This document shows, in pieces, positions 33,996 to 43,377 of a stretch of DNA of 64,000 nucleotides. The notes beneath the pieces are model-generated. The model searched no databases. It was not told where the DNA came from and saw only the letters and a list, made by a program, of their open reading frames with translations. The DNA comes from an uncultured delta proteobacterium. GTDB lineage: Bacteria; Desulfobacterota; Binatia; UBA9968. The stretch covers positions 128,001 through 192,000 of the forward strand of contig CAWJZV010000006.1 in the NCBI GenBank assembly GCA_963847445.1, given 5' to 3'. Each line of letters starts with the position of its first letter. Within the stretch, counting starts at the first letter, position 1. Position numbers and translations under genes: made by a program.

Positions 33996-34844
33996 ATGAG
34001 CGAGAGCAAAACCGTGGATATTCGCCTCGATGTGCCGTATGGCGGCGGGGCGGCGGGAAATCTTTGTGTCGATCTCTATTTGCCGACTGGCGCAGGAGCG
34101 CATCCGGCACTGCTCTGTCTGCACGGTGGCGCGTGGCTGCGCGGGTCGCAGCGGCAATACAAGAGCTGGGGGCCATGGCTGGCCGAGCGCGGCTACGCCG
34201 TAGTGGCGGTCGACTATCGTCTGTCGAGCCAAGCGAGTCCGGCGTGGCCGGGCGTGTGGCAAGATGTCTGCCGCGCGTTGCAGTGGTTGATCGACCAAGC
34301 CCCAGCGCTCAATCTCGATCCATTGCGGCTCGGCGCCATCGGCGACTCCGCCGGCGGCCACATGGCGGCGATGCTGTCGCTGCATGAAGCCACGGCGAAA
34401 CATATTCGCGCCATGGTCGGGGTTTACGGCATTTACGATTTGCCGGATTGGTGGCGCGTCACCCAGCCGCCCAAGCGCACCGACGATCCAGTGAGACAGC
34501 TCATGGGCAAATCCTACGCCGAGGCGAAAGCGGACTACGAATACTTCTCGCCGCTGCACCGCGTGCAAGCGTTGAAAGCGCGGCCCGGCGCAAATTATTT
34601 AATTATCCACGGCGACGAAGACGCCATCGTGAATCACAATCAATCGGAGCGTTTCATCGCCGCGTTGCGTGAGCAGGAAGCCGGTGTCGAAGACATGCTG
34701 ATCCCCGGCGCCGGCCATCACTGGTTTACCGCTCGCGACGACAATCCGGCGCGCCGACGCGTCGATGAGGAGCCGAATGTCACGGTGGCGCCGGTGCTGC
34801 TGCGATTTCTGCAGCGGACTCTACTTCGGGGAAGTGAGGAGTGA
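33996..34844 (+). CDS. Alpha/beta hydrolase (HSL/BD-FAE-type esterase)
   Basis: HGGAW oxyanion motif, GDSAGG nucleophile elbow, HGDED, GAGH. Confidence 0.9.
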   Translation: MSESKTVDIRLDVPYGGGAAGNLCVDLYLPTGAGAHPALLCLHGGAWLRGSQRQYKSWGPWLAERGYAVVAVDYRLSSQASPAWPGVWQDVCRALQWLIDQAPALNLDPLRLGAIGDSAGGHMAAMLSLHEATAKHIRAMVGVYGIYDLPDWWRVTQPPKRTDDPVRQLMGKSYAEAKADYEYFSPLHRVQALKARPGANYLIIHGDEDAIVNHNQSERFIAALREQEAGVEDMLIPGAGHHWFTARDDNPARRRVDEEPNVTVAPVLLRFLQRTLLRGSEE

Positions 34845-34908
34845 ATAGTAAGGAGTAAGGAGGCTCGGATCGGAAGCTATCTTTTGAAACCTTCAAGGAG
34901 AAAGCACG

Positions 34909-35806
34909 ATGAGCAATGATGCAAATATCCTGACGCTTAGAACGCTATTGGGCGATTACCCGAACACCAAGGCGCTCAAGAGCGGCGCAGTTCATTCGTC
35001 CAGCGTCGCACTCGATTTCGCCGACGTGAAAGTGCCGAATACAGCCTTTAAAGATGTCGTGCGCCATTTGAAATACGATGTCGCCGAGTTGGCGATCGTA
35101 ACCTATTTACAGGCGAAGGCGCATGGCAAACCGCTGGTGCTACTGCCCGCGGTGGTGGTCGGCGCATTGCCGCATCCGTTTCTGGTCTACAATGCCGAGC
35201 GCGGGCGGATTTCACCTGCTGATCTCAAAGGGAAGCGCGTTGGCATCCGCGCTTATTCCGTCACCACAGCGGCTTGGGTTCGCGGCGTCTTACAGAACGA
35301 ATATCGAGTTGATCTCAACAGTATCAATTGGGTGACGTTCGAAGACCCCCATGTCGCGGAATATTCCGATCCGCCGACGGCAGTGCGGGCGCCGGCCGGC
35401 AAGTCGCTGGCGCAGATGCTCATCGACGGTGAGATCGACGCCGGCGTGGTCGGCGGCCCTGATCTCAAAGATGTCGCGCTTGCAGCCGGTGATTCCAAAC
35501 CCTAACGAAGCGGCGCAAGCATGGTGCAAAAAACATGGCGTGCTGCCGATCAATCATATGCTGGTTGTCAAAGAGTCGCTGGTGCAAACGAATCCGGCGG
35601 CGGTAAAAGAAATTTTCCGGATGGTTCGCGAAAGTAAACAAGCGATGTCACCGATGGGAACTGCGCTCGATCCGATACAGTTCGGATTGGCCAACATTCG
35701 CCGCAGCCTGGAGCTGATCGTCGATTATGCGACACAGCAAGGGTTGATTCCGATGAAGTTTCCGGTGGATGATTTGTTCGACGATAGGACTCGGAATCTG
35801 CTTTGA
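34909..35806 (+). CDS. 4,5-dihydroxyphthalate decarboxylase-like / PBP2-fold protein, frameshift near 35474
   Basis: YDVAEL, DLKGKRVGIRAYSVTT, W.RG.L, LIDGEIDA and then PINHMLVVK...QQGLI in the next frame. Confidence 0.78.
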
Positions 35807-35863
35807 GCTTACAAAACCTTAAAAGCCATTGGCCGCTGTGTGAACATATTGAGGAGCCACGCC

Positions 35864-36571
35864 ATGAAATTAATCGGACTGATTTCACCGAACAGCAGCG
35901 AAGAAACTTTGGCGGATGTCTATAAGATCTTTCCCAAGGACATTCGCATCGAAGCGCGGAACTTGCATGTCGCTAAGTACACCGACGATGAATTTCACCG
36001 CGCCGAGATGACCTTTCAAGGACTCGTCCGCGATTTGGTCAAGCAGCCGTTGGATTTTCTGATGGTCACCGGCGAACTGTTTCTGTCTTACAAAGGGCCG
36101 GGCTCGGATCGGGAAATCCTCGATCTCGTCAAACAGATCACGGCGACGCCGGCTTCGACGGTATTGACCGCGGTGACGCGCGGTTGCCGCGCTCTGGGAC
36201 TCAAGCGCGTGGTGATGGCTTCGCCATTTCCCGAGGACCAAGACGAGCGGCTGGTGAAATTTCTCGCCCACGACGGCATCGAGGTCGTGGCCTTTCGCGG
36301 CTTGGGCTGCCCCAACGCTGAAGTGATTTGGCAACTGGCGCCGGAAACCGGTTACGACTTGTCGATGGCGCTGTTGCGCGAACATCCCGAGGTCGATGGC
36401 GTCTACATGCCGTGCAACAAGTGGCGCACGGTTTCCGTCATCGAACGGATCGAAAAAGACAGCGGCAAACCGGTGGTGACCAATACTCAGGCGTGGACGT
36501 GGGAGGCGCTGCACGGGATGGGCATGCGCGAGCCAATTACTGGCTTCGGCCGGCTGTTGCGGCAGCAGTAG
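35864..36571 (+). CDS. Maleate isomerase / arylmalonate decarboxylase (Asp/Glu racemase superfamily) protein
   Basis: IGLISP, ALGLKRVVMASPF, YMPCN, IEKDSGKPVVTN.Q...W, GFGRLL. Confidence 0.85.
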   Translation: MKLIGLISPNSSEETLADVYKIFPKDIRIEARNLHVAKYTDDEFHRAEMTFQGLVRDLVKQPLDFLMVTGELFLSYKGPGSDREILDLVKQITATPASTVLTAVTRGCRALGLKRVVMASPFPEDQDERLVKFLAHDGIEVVAFRGLGCPNAEVIWQLAPETGYDLSMALLREHPEVDGVYMPCNKWRTVSVIERIEKDSGKPVVTNTQAWTWEALHGMGMREPITGFGRLLRQQ

Positions 36572-36744
36572 GAAGTTCACTCCAAGCTACCGCTGGCTCT
36601 GAGGGGGTCACAAGCTTCCCCTGAGTTCAACGTTCAAGGGTTCAAGGTTCAAAGTCAGATTAGGATCAGCTTCAATAGTTCCAACGGTTCAAATGGTTCG
36701 AACGTTAGCAAGTTGGCTACCGGCACCGGAATGGTGTTAGAGAG

Positions 36745-36900
36745 TCAATTTTTTCCGCGCCCCAAAGCCTTCGCCGCGAAACTAAAATCGAACACTTGGC
36801 TCGGCGCGACTTCTTTGGTCAGGCCCATGCTTTTCTTGGTGAACTCGATCGAATGTAGGGTGTTTATCCGGCAAAGTGATCTTGTCCCAGGTAACATGAT
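36745..36900 (-). pseudogene. Orphan C-terminal fragment of an NMT1/SsuA-type solute-binding protein
   Basis: ...KKSMGLTKEVAPSQVFDFSFAAKA resembles SBP C-termini; no N-terminal part present. Confidence 0.45.
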
Positions 36901-36940
36901 GCAATCTAACTGGCCTTGGCCAAGGGCAATAAGAGAGCCG

Positions 36941-37089
36941 GGCAACAGATGGCATACGGATTCAATCATTGAACGGATCGAAAATGACAGCGACAATCCG
37001 ACGGTGACCAGCAGCCAGGCGTGAGCCTGAGAGACGTTAGACGGGTTAGCCCTTCGCGATGTGATCGCCAGTCATGACCGGAACTTGCG
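36941..37089 (+). pseudogene. Decayed copy of the 3' end of the isomerase/decarboxylase gene (36413-36561)
   Basis: Aligns at DNA level (gaacggatcgaaaa.gacagcg.caa.ccg..ggtgacca); two TGG codons have become TGA. Confidence 0.8.
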
Positions 37090-37109
37090 CTTAAAGTTAA
37101 GATCCGCGC

Positions 37110-37307
37110 CTAAACGACCTGCTGCAACAGAGCAACCGCCCGGTCGCGGATGTGGCGCGCGTGCGCTACACCAGCCTTGAAACGGTCTTCGGCATTGCGC
37201 TCCTCTTCCGCCTTGCCCTGAGCAGCGGTGAATGATTCGAAGAATACTCTATACATGAGCTGTATCGTTGCACCGTAGGCTTCCACAACATGCACTTTGT
37301 CATCCAT
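37110..37307 (-). CDS. Small hypothetical protein (65 aa)
   Basis: Strong GAGGAGGAG SD before ATG; helical-looking sequence. Confidence 0.6.
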   Translation of the reverse strand: MDDKVHVVEAYGATIQLMYRVFFESFTAAQGKAEEERNAEDRFKAGVAHARHIRDRAVALLQQVV

Positions 37308-37701
37308 TATTAACTCCTCCTCGGGAAAAATGATTTGCCCAGGTTTGCGACAGCCAATTTGATTATCGCTCGCCGTCGTATAGCTGGCGAGCCGACAACA
37401 GGATTTTAACTTGGAATTGACTGCTGATTGGCGCTTCTATAGCGCCAACAGCCGATTGTAAAGCGTAGAGAGCGGCGTGAAGCGGGTTCATCGCGGTGAC
37501 AATCTGAAGAAAATTTCATTTTACGCAATTTGGTAAAAAGCGCGGCCCGGCCACATCTACCGGTTGAACATCCCATCCCGTGTCGGCTCACGTTATACTG
37601 GACATATCCCCCGTGCCTGGATTAAGTTGTTTGCGGTGCTGGTTCCGGCGTCCACATTTACGGTGCGGATGAAATTTCGACTCGACTTGAGACGACAAAC
37701 G

Positions 37702-38703
37702 ATGACCATAAGAGTGCTAATCATTTTGCTATTACTTTCGCTCCGGGCGGATTTCGGCGCCGCCTATGGCCAGGCCACCAAGCTCATCGTCGCTTATGCT
37801 TCCCCGGCGGCGACTTTCTGCCCCGGTTGGATCGCTCGGCGCGAGGGGATCTTCGCCAAGTACAATCTCGACGTCGAGATGGTTTTGATGCAGGGCGCGT
37901 CGGCTTATATGCCGGCGTTGGCCAACGGCAACATTCAGGTGCTTTATGGCGGCGGCACCGCGGTGTCGCGGGCGATTGCGACCAGGGATTTCGATGTCAT
38001 GGTGATCGCCACCGAGACGCGCTACGTGCCGCTGCGCTTGATGGTCAATGCGTCGACGATCCGCACCCCGGCCGATTTGAAAGGCAAGCGCATCGGCGCC
38101 GGCCTCGCCGGTCTCGACGAGTACGCGACGTTGCTTTATTTGGAAAAACTCGGCCTCGTCGCCGGGAAAGACGTGCAGATGGTCTATCTCGCCGGCGGTA
38201 TTCCCAGCCGGGTGGCGGCGATGAAGCAGGGGCTGATCGACGGCGTAGCGGTAAATCCGCCCAATGAATACGAGCTCGAAAAAGCCGGTTATCGCGAGCT
38301 GGTCAACTTTCTCGACTTGAAGATGCCCTACGCCGGCGTGCCGCACACGGTTAACCGGGCTTTTCGCGACCGCAATCGCCGGGTGCTGGAAGATTACATG
38401 ACCGCCCACGTGGCCGGCATGCAATTGTTTCGCACCAATAAACAATTGGCTTTCAAAGCGATCGTCGAATTAACCCGGCAAAAGGATCCGGTGATTCTCG
38501 AGCGCACCTACGACACGTATTATAAACAATACGAAGCCATCGACGGCCTGCCGCTGCCATGGCAAGCCGGTATCGAGAGCATGATCACCGGCTTCCACGA
38601 ACGCTTCAATCCCCAGGGCATCAAAAACCGCGATGCTTCGGGTTCTCTCGATGCGTCCTTCGTGCAGAAAGCCGCCGAGCGGCTGAAGCTCGGCAAGAAA
38701 TAA
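37702..38703 (+). CDS. NMT1/THI5/SsuA-family ABC substrate-binding protein
   Basis: Signal peptide, EGIFAKYNLDVE, DLKGKRIG, GLVAGKDV, DASFV. Confidence 0.88.
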   Translation: MTIRVLIILLLLSLRADFGAAYGQATKLIVAYASPAATFCPGWIARREGIFAKYNLDVEMVLMQGASAYMPALANGNIQVLYGGGTAVSRAIATRDFDVMVIATETRYVPLRLMVNASTIRTPADLKGKRIGAGLAGLDEYATLLYLEKLGLVAGKDVQMVYLAGGIPSRVAAMKQGLIDGVAVNPPNEYELEKAGYRELVNFLDLKMPYAGVPHTVNRAFRDRNRRVLEDYMTAHVAGMQLFRTNKQLAFKAIVELTRQKDPVILERTYDTYYKQYEAIDGLPLPWQAGIESMITGFHERFNPQGIKNRDASGSLDASFVQKAAERLKLGKK

Positions 38704-38790
38704 GCCACGGCGAGCAAGAGGTCGCGTGCAAGCCGTGCAAGTGTTGCGCGTTAGCGCCATTTGCAGCGGGCGGTCTCAGGAGGAAAATCT

Positions 38791-40017
38791 ATGTTGCCGA
38801 GTAAACGCAGTAATTCGTTCGTCACCGCCGGTCCAAAATTGCGGTCGAAATCTTATTGCCAGTTGGCGATCGCCGCTTGCCTCAAACGGTCTCTGCTCCT
38901 TGTTTGGCTCACGGGGTGTGCGTCCGGGCCGGTGCAAGGTCAGGCGCCGCGCTCGCCAACGCCAGCCTCGGTGAATGGCATTGTTCAAGTCCAGTCGATC
39001 GCCAAAGGGCTCGAACATCCCTGGAGCCTCGCCATCCTACCGGACAAGCGCATGCTTGTCACCGAACGTCGAGGGCGATTGCGCCTGGTGGGAGCGGACG
39101 GCCGCGTCTCCGAACCGCTCGCCGGAGTCCCGCAGGTTTACGCAAGCGGGCAGGGCGGGTTGCTCGACGTGGTACTGAGTCCGGGATTCGAAAAGGACCG
39201 GCTCGTTTATCTCTCTTTCGCCGAATCCGGCGAGGGCGGCGCGGGGACCGCGGTCGCCCGCGGGCGGTTCGGCGAGCGCGGGCTCGAAAACACCCAAGTG
39301 ATCTGGCGTCAGCAGCCAAAGGTCGGTGGCTCGAATCACTGGGGGTCGAGAATTGTTTTTCATTCCGACGGCACGCTGTTCGTGACTTTAGGTGAGCGGT
39401 TCAATCACTCCGAGAGAGCCCAGGACCTATCGGCCACGCTCGGCAAGGTCGTGCGCATCAACCCGGACGGCTCGGCGCCGCGCGACAATCCGTTTGTCAA
39501 TCGCGACGGCGCGCGCCCGGAGATCTGGTCGTATGGGCATCGCAACGTCCAAGCCGCCGCGCTCCATCCCGAGACCGGCCAGCTCTGGACCGTGGAGCAT
39601 GGCGCCCGCGGCGGCGACGAACTGAACCATCCCGAAGCGGGGAAAAATTACGGCTGGCCCGTGATCTCGTACGGTACCCACTACACTTTTTTGAAGATCG
39701 GCGAAGGCGCGGTGAAACCCGGGATGGAGCAACCGGTCTACTATTGGGATCCGGTGATCGCGCCCTCTGGCATGACGGTTTATACGGGCGATCTATTCGC
39801 CGGCTGGAAGCACAACTTTCTCATCGGTTCGCTTACCCCGGGGGGGTTGGTGCGGCTGGTGATCAAGGACGGCAAAGTCGCGCAAGAAGAGCGTTACCTC
39901 GGTGATTTACGAGAACGCATCCGCGACGTGCGCCAGGCGCCGGATGGATCGCTCTATCTTCTCACCGACTCGCGCGACGGGCAGATACTGCGCATAACGC
40001 CGGCAGCCAACCGTTGA
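38791..40017 (+). CDS. PQQ-dependent aldose sugar dehydrogenase (YliI/GSDH family)
   Basis: GLEHPWS, GQGGLLD, HWGSRI, YGHRNVQ, EHGARGGDELN, NYGWP, RIRDV. Confidence 0.93.
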   Translation: MLPSKRSNSFVTAGPKLRSKSYCQLAIAACLKRSLLLVWLTGCASGPVQGQAPRSPTPASVNGIVQVQSIAKGLEHPWSLAILPDKRMLVTERRGRLRLVGADGRVSEPLAGVPQVYASGQGGLLDVVLSPGFEKDRLVYLSFAESGEGGAGTAVARGRFGERGLENTQVIWRQQPKVGGSNHWGSRIVFHSDGTLFVTLGERFNHSERAQDLSATLGKVVRINPDGSAPRDNPFVNRDGARPEIWSYGHRNVQAAALHPETGQLWTVEHGARGGDELNHPEAGKNYGWPVISYGTHYTFLKIGEGAVKPGMEQPVYYWDPVIAPSGMTVYTGDLFAGWKHNFLIGSLTPGGLVRLVIKDGKVAQEERYLGDLRERIRDVRQAPDGSLYLLTDSRDGQILRITPAANR

Positions 40018-40104
40018 GTGATAAAAAAGCTGATAAGCTTGGTGCCGGGTCTGACCCTCCTGGACTGACCGAAGCCTTCCTGTGTTTCCTGAACCGATCT
40101 TCGA

Positions 40105-41154
40105 TTAGCGGGCCGGCAGTGGATCCGGACCCGAGAGTTTCTTGAAAAGTTCGACAACGTCGCGGTCACGGGGCAGCTCGCGAATCACTTTCTCCTGCTC
40201 TTCCGGCATCAGTGGCGAGGCCTCGAAGCCCGACAGTTTTTTAAACTCGCGATGAAAATCCGGGTCCTTGAATGCTTTGCGCATTGCTTCCTGGAGAATT
40301 TGCACCTGCAACTTGGGGGTTCCCGGCGCAAGGACGTAGGGCGTGCCGACAAGCCGGAAGGCGCGGTACATGGCTAAAAGTTTTCGCTCAATGTCGGATT
40401 TGGCGAAACCTTCGATTTCGGGCAGGCGCTCGAATCCATCCGGTCTGTTGCCCTTCGGTATTTCAACCAGCGCGTGGAGATCGAGCAGTCCTTTTTTTAT
40501 CTCCTCGAAATTGCGCTGGGCCAATGTTTCTGCGGCATTCGCCCGACCGTCCAATTCGCCACGCGCCAAGGCGATGTCGATTTCCGGACCGCCGTAGCCG
40601 GTAACAAATCGCGGCTCCTTCAAATTCATCAGATAGGCAAACAACCGCCCGGTGATATAGATGTCGTGTCCCACTTCTTGAGCGCCGATTCTTACCCCCG
40701 TCGCCGCGCGCAATTTTTCCAAGTTGTTAAGGCCGGACTCTTTTCGCGTGAGAAAAACGTAATGAAAGACGCTGACGGGCGATCCCAGATAAATCAGTTT
40801 GTCGATATCGTACTGCACCCCGCCGGTGTCGAGTATCGCGTTGCTCACCAGAGAAGACGACACACCGCCGATGGTCAAGCCATCCGGGCGGGCGACGCGG
40901 TAAACGTGGTTTGCCGCCTTTCTACCTCCGCCTCCCGGCATGTAATCGGATACGATCGTTGGATTTCCCGGGATGTATTTCTGCAGAAACGGGAAAAGCG
41001 CTCTACGCCGCAGATCGCCGGTGCCGCCGGCGCCGACGATCTGCACCACGGTAATCGTTTTGCCCTTGTAAAAATCAGACTGGGCATGTCCACGCCCGGC
41101 CGAGCTTACGCAAGCGATTACCGCCAAGGCCGCTAAGACCGTAGGTTTTGTCAT
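40105..41154 (-). CDS. Bug/TctC tripartite tricarboxylate transporter substrate-binding protein
   Basis: FYKGKTI, KYIPGNP, MPGGGG, PDGLTI, GY.G, RGELDG, PGTP. Confidence 0.88.
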   Translation of the reverse strand: MTKPTVLAALAVIACVSSAGRGHAQSDFYKGKTITVVQIVGAGGTGDLRRRALFPFLQKYIPGNPTIVSDYMPGGGGRKAANHVYRVARPDGLTIGGVSSSLVSNAILDTGGVQYDIDKLIYLGSPVSVFHYVFLTRKESGLNNLEKLRAATGVRIGAQEVGHDIYITGRLFAYLMNLKEPRFVTGYGGPEIDIALARGELDGRANAAETLAQRNFEEIKKGLLDLHALVEIPKGNRPDGFERLPEIEGFAKSDIERKLLAMYRAFRLVGTPYVLAPGTPKLQVQILQEAMRKAFKDPDFHREFKKLSGFEASPLMPEEQEKVIRELPRDRDVVELFKKLSGPDPLPAR

Positions 41155-41220
41155 AACCACACCTCCCGCTGCTTCTAGCCGAATCTGCACCACGGGGTGC
41201 CCAGGTTTCGACAGACATTT

Positions 41221-41305
41221 CACACCAGAGGCGCGGAGAGCGCAGAGTTCGGATTATTTCTTGATGAAAAACTCTTTTTTCGCGCACTCCGCGCGTCCGC
41301 CGCAA
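41221..41305. repeat. Imperfect inverted-repeat intergenic element
   Basis: Arms gcgcggagagcgc and gcgcactccgcgc around an AT-rich spacer. Confidence 0.55.
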
Positions 41306-41354
41306 TCATCCGAAGAGATCCTGTCCATCGTGATGATATCAGATACCAAAGATA

Positions 41355-42713
41355 TTATTTAGCGAGCGAAGCCGCCGCGTGCTCCCCCGCTCTCATGCCT
41401 AGACCCAAAGAAGCGAGCAACCCGTTGCCCGGTAGATAGCCCTCCAAACCCTTGCCGGATACGCCGACGGCCACTCCGCCGCCGGCGTAAAGGTTGGGAA
41501 TGATCGAGCCGTCGGCGCGCAGGACTTGGCCGTCGGCGGTTACTTTCAACCCGCCTTGTGTGTGGTACAGCGCCACCGTGACTTTGATGCCATAGAAGGG
41601 TCCCTGGAACGGTTGTGGCAGCGCGCGTCCGAAAGCGTCTTTGCCGCCGCTGGCCGCGCTGTCGTTATACTGTTCAATCGTTCGCTTCAGCCCTTCGGCG
41701 TCGATGGCCAATCTGCCTGCGAGTTGTTCCGGCGTCTCGGCCTTGAGCAAAAGTCCCTCATCGAAATAGCGCGACAAATTTCTCAGTCCCGGCGCGTTTC
41801 GATGCAGCTGGTAGATACGCTCGTCGAAGATCTCGTAGGCCTGCTTGCCGGGCAGCTCAAGCATTTTGATGCCGAGACCGCCGGGATAACGGGTCTCGTC
41901 GACGAACCGACTGCCGCCGGCGTCGACCATGATGCCGCCGGATAGAGCCACCTCGGGCGCCACCGCGCGTTTTCCCGGACCGATGTATGCGGGGTAGGGC
42001 TGGAAGGCGCCCATGTTTTCCGTCGCCGCGCCGACCGCCAAACCCATCTTGATGCCGTCGCCGGTGCTGCCGTGGTGACCTGGAAAAGGAATGTCCAGCG
42101 CTTTGGGAATGTAGCGGTCCAACAATTCCGCGCTCGCGCCGAAACCGCCCGAGGCGAGAATAATTTTTCGCGCCGTGAGCACACCATCCTTTGTCGCCAC
42201 TCCCGTTACCGCGCCGCCGGTTTCCTGTTGGAGCGACAATACCGGCGTCGAGAATCGCACCTGGATATTTTTCTCCCGCTCGACTGTTTCGAAGAGAAAA
42301 TCGGTGATGGTTTTATCCGCCTTCCACGAGTGCGATCGCTGCGCCCCATGACCAAAGGCGAACTCGCCGATTTGAAATTCGATCCCGGCCATATCGGTCA
42401 GGAAATCGGCCACGCGCCCGGAAGTTTCCGCGAGCCGCCTGGTCAGGACGGCATCGCTCTCGTTGTTGTTCCGGCGCAGGATATCCTGGGCGTAGAGTTC
42501 CGCACTGTCCGCGATCTTCAACTCGCGCTGCCGGCGGCTGCCGGCGGCGCGGATGCCCTTGGAAGAGAAAGCGGTCCCGCCTCCCGGTTTGTCCGTCTTC
42601 TCCAACAGCAGCACCCGCACGCCCTTTTTCGCCGCCACCAGCGCGGCCATGAGACCGCACCCTCCGGCACCGATGACGAGGATATCGCTGACCACCGAAT
42701 CTAATTCCTGCAT
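41355..42713 (-). CDS. FAD-dependent oxidoreductase (flavocytochrome c / fumarate reductase flavoprotein, FAD_binding_2 family)
   Basis: VIGAGGCG, LASGGF, STGDG, RFVDE, TQGGL, IPNLYAGG, GNGL. Confidence 0.88.
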   Translation of the reverse strand: MQELDSVVSDILVIGAGGCGLMAALVAAKKGVRVLLLEKTDKPGGGTAFSSKGIRAAGSRRQRELKIADSAELYAQDILRRNNNESDAVLTRRLAETSGRVADFLTDMAGIEFQIGEFAFGHGAQRSHSWKADKTITDFLFETVEREKNIQVRFSTPVLSLQQETGGAVTGVATKDGVLTARKIILASGGFGASAELLDRYIPKALDIPFPGHHGSTGDGIKMGLAVGAATENMGAFQPYPAYIGPGKRAVAPEVALSGGIMVDAGGSRFVDETRYPGGLGIKMLELPGKQAYEIFDERIYQLHRNAPGLRNLSRYFDEGLLLKAETPEQLAGRLAIDAEGLKRTIEQYNDSAASGGKDAFGRALPQPFQGPFYGIKVTVALYHTQGGLKVTADGQVLRADGSIIPNLYAGGGVAVGVSGKGLEGYLPGNGLLASLGLGMRAGEHAAASLAK

Positions 42714-42847
42714 CGAACCTCCAAGCAGCTCAGCCACAATATTTGAAAGCCACTCGGGATTGCAACTTCCTACTGGGTTCTGTTTGAACCAACTTTTAAG
42801 GTGATGCAATTCGGTTCGAGTAAAACTCGATGCAGGGAAACGAAAAT

Positions 42848-43008
42848 GGCCTGCGGCCATGGCAAGCCGGTATCGTGGGCAGGATCACCTGCTTCCACGA
42901 ACGCTCCAATTCGCAGGGGATCAAGAACCGCGATGGGGCGGCGTCTCTCGATGCATCTTTAGTGCAAATAGCCGCCGAGCGGCTGGAGCTCGGCAAAATA
43001 AGCCACGG
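42848..43008 (+). repeat. Diverged direct repeat of the 3' end of the SBP gene (38545-38710)
   Basis: ccatggcaagccggtatcg...ttccacgaacgct...aaccgcgatg...gccgccgagcggctg.agctcggcaa...taagccacgg present at both loci. Confidence 0.9.
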
Positions 43009-43377
43009 GGGAAAGCGCGCTGCGAAATCTCGCAGCAGCTCATTCCCTCGATCGGTAAAAGCACAACTCAGAGGAAGAAGCACTCGATTGCAAATTGCGC
43101 AAATGAATCTGTCGGTAACGGAAATGGTTATCTTATCGAATGAGCGAACCGAATAACTCAATATTCAAGAACGATCCCGCGGCCGGACCATGAAAAAGTA
43201 CTCGCGACTCGACGATCTATCCTAGTCCCAGTGGGCTATGATGAGATGTCCCAGCGACTGATCCGCAGAGTTTCGTACTGTTTAAAGATACGACCCTAAG
43301 TTCCGACCTCGCCGCTGCGCCTGCTTGGCTTTCCGGCTAACAACTGAGGCTCGTATTGATTCTCAGCGAAAGCCCGT

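Noticed and set aside
37022-37030. Two in-frame TGA codons as possible selenocysteine or Trp recoding
   Set aside because: They align to TGG codons of the intact copy within a decayed duplicate, and TGA is used as a normal stop throughout the window
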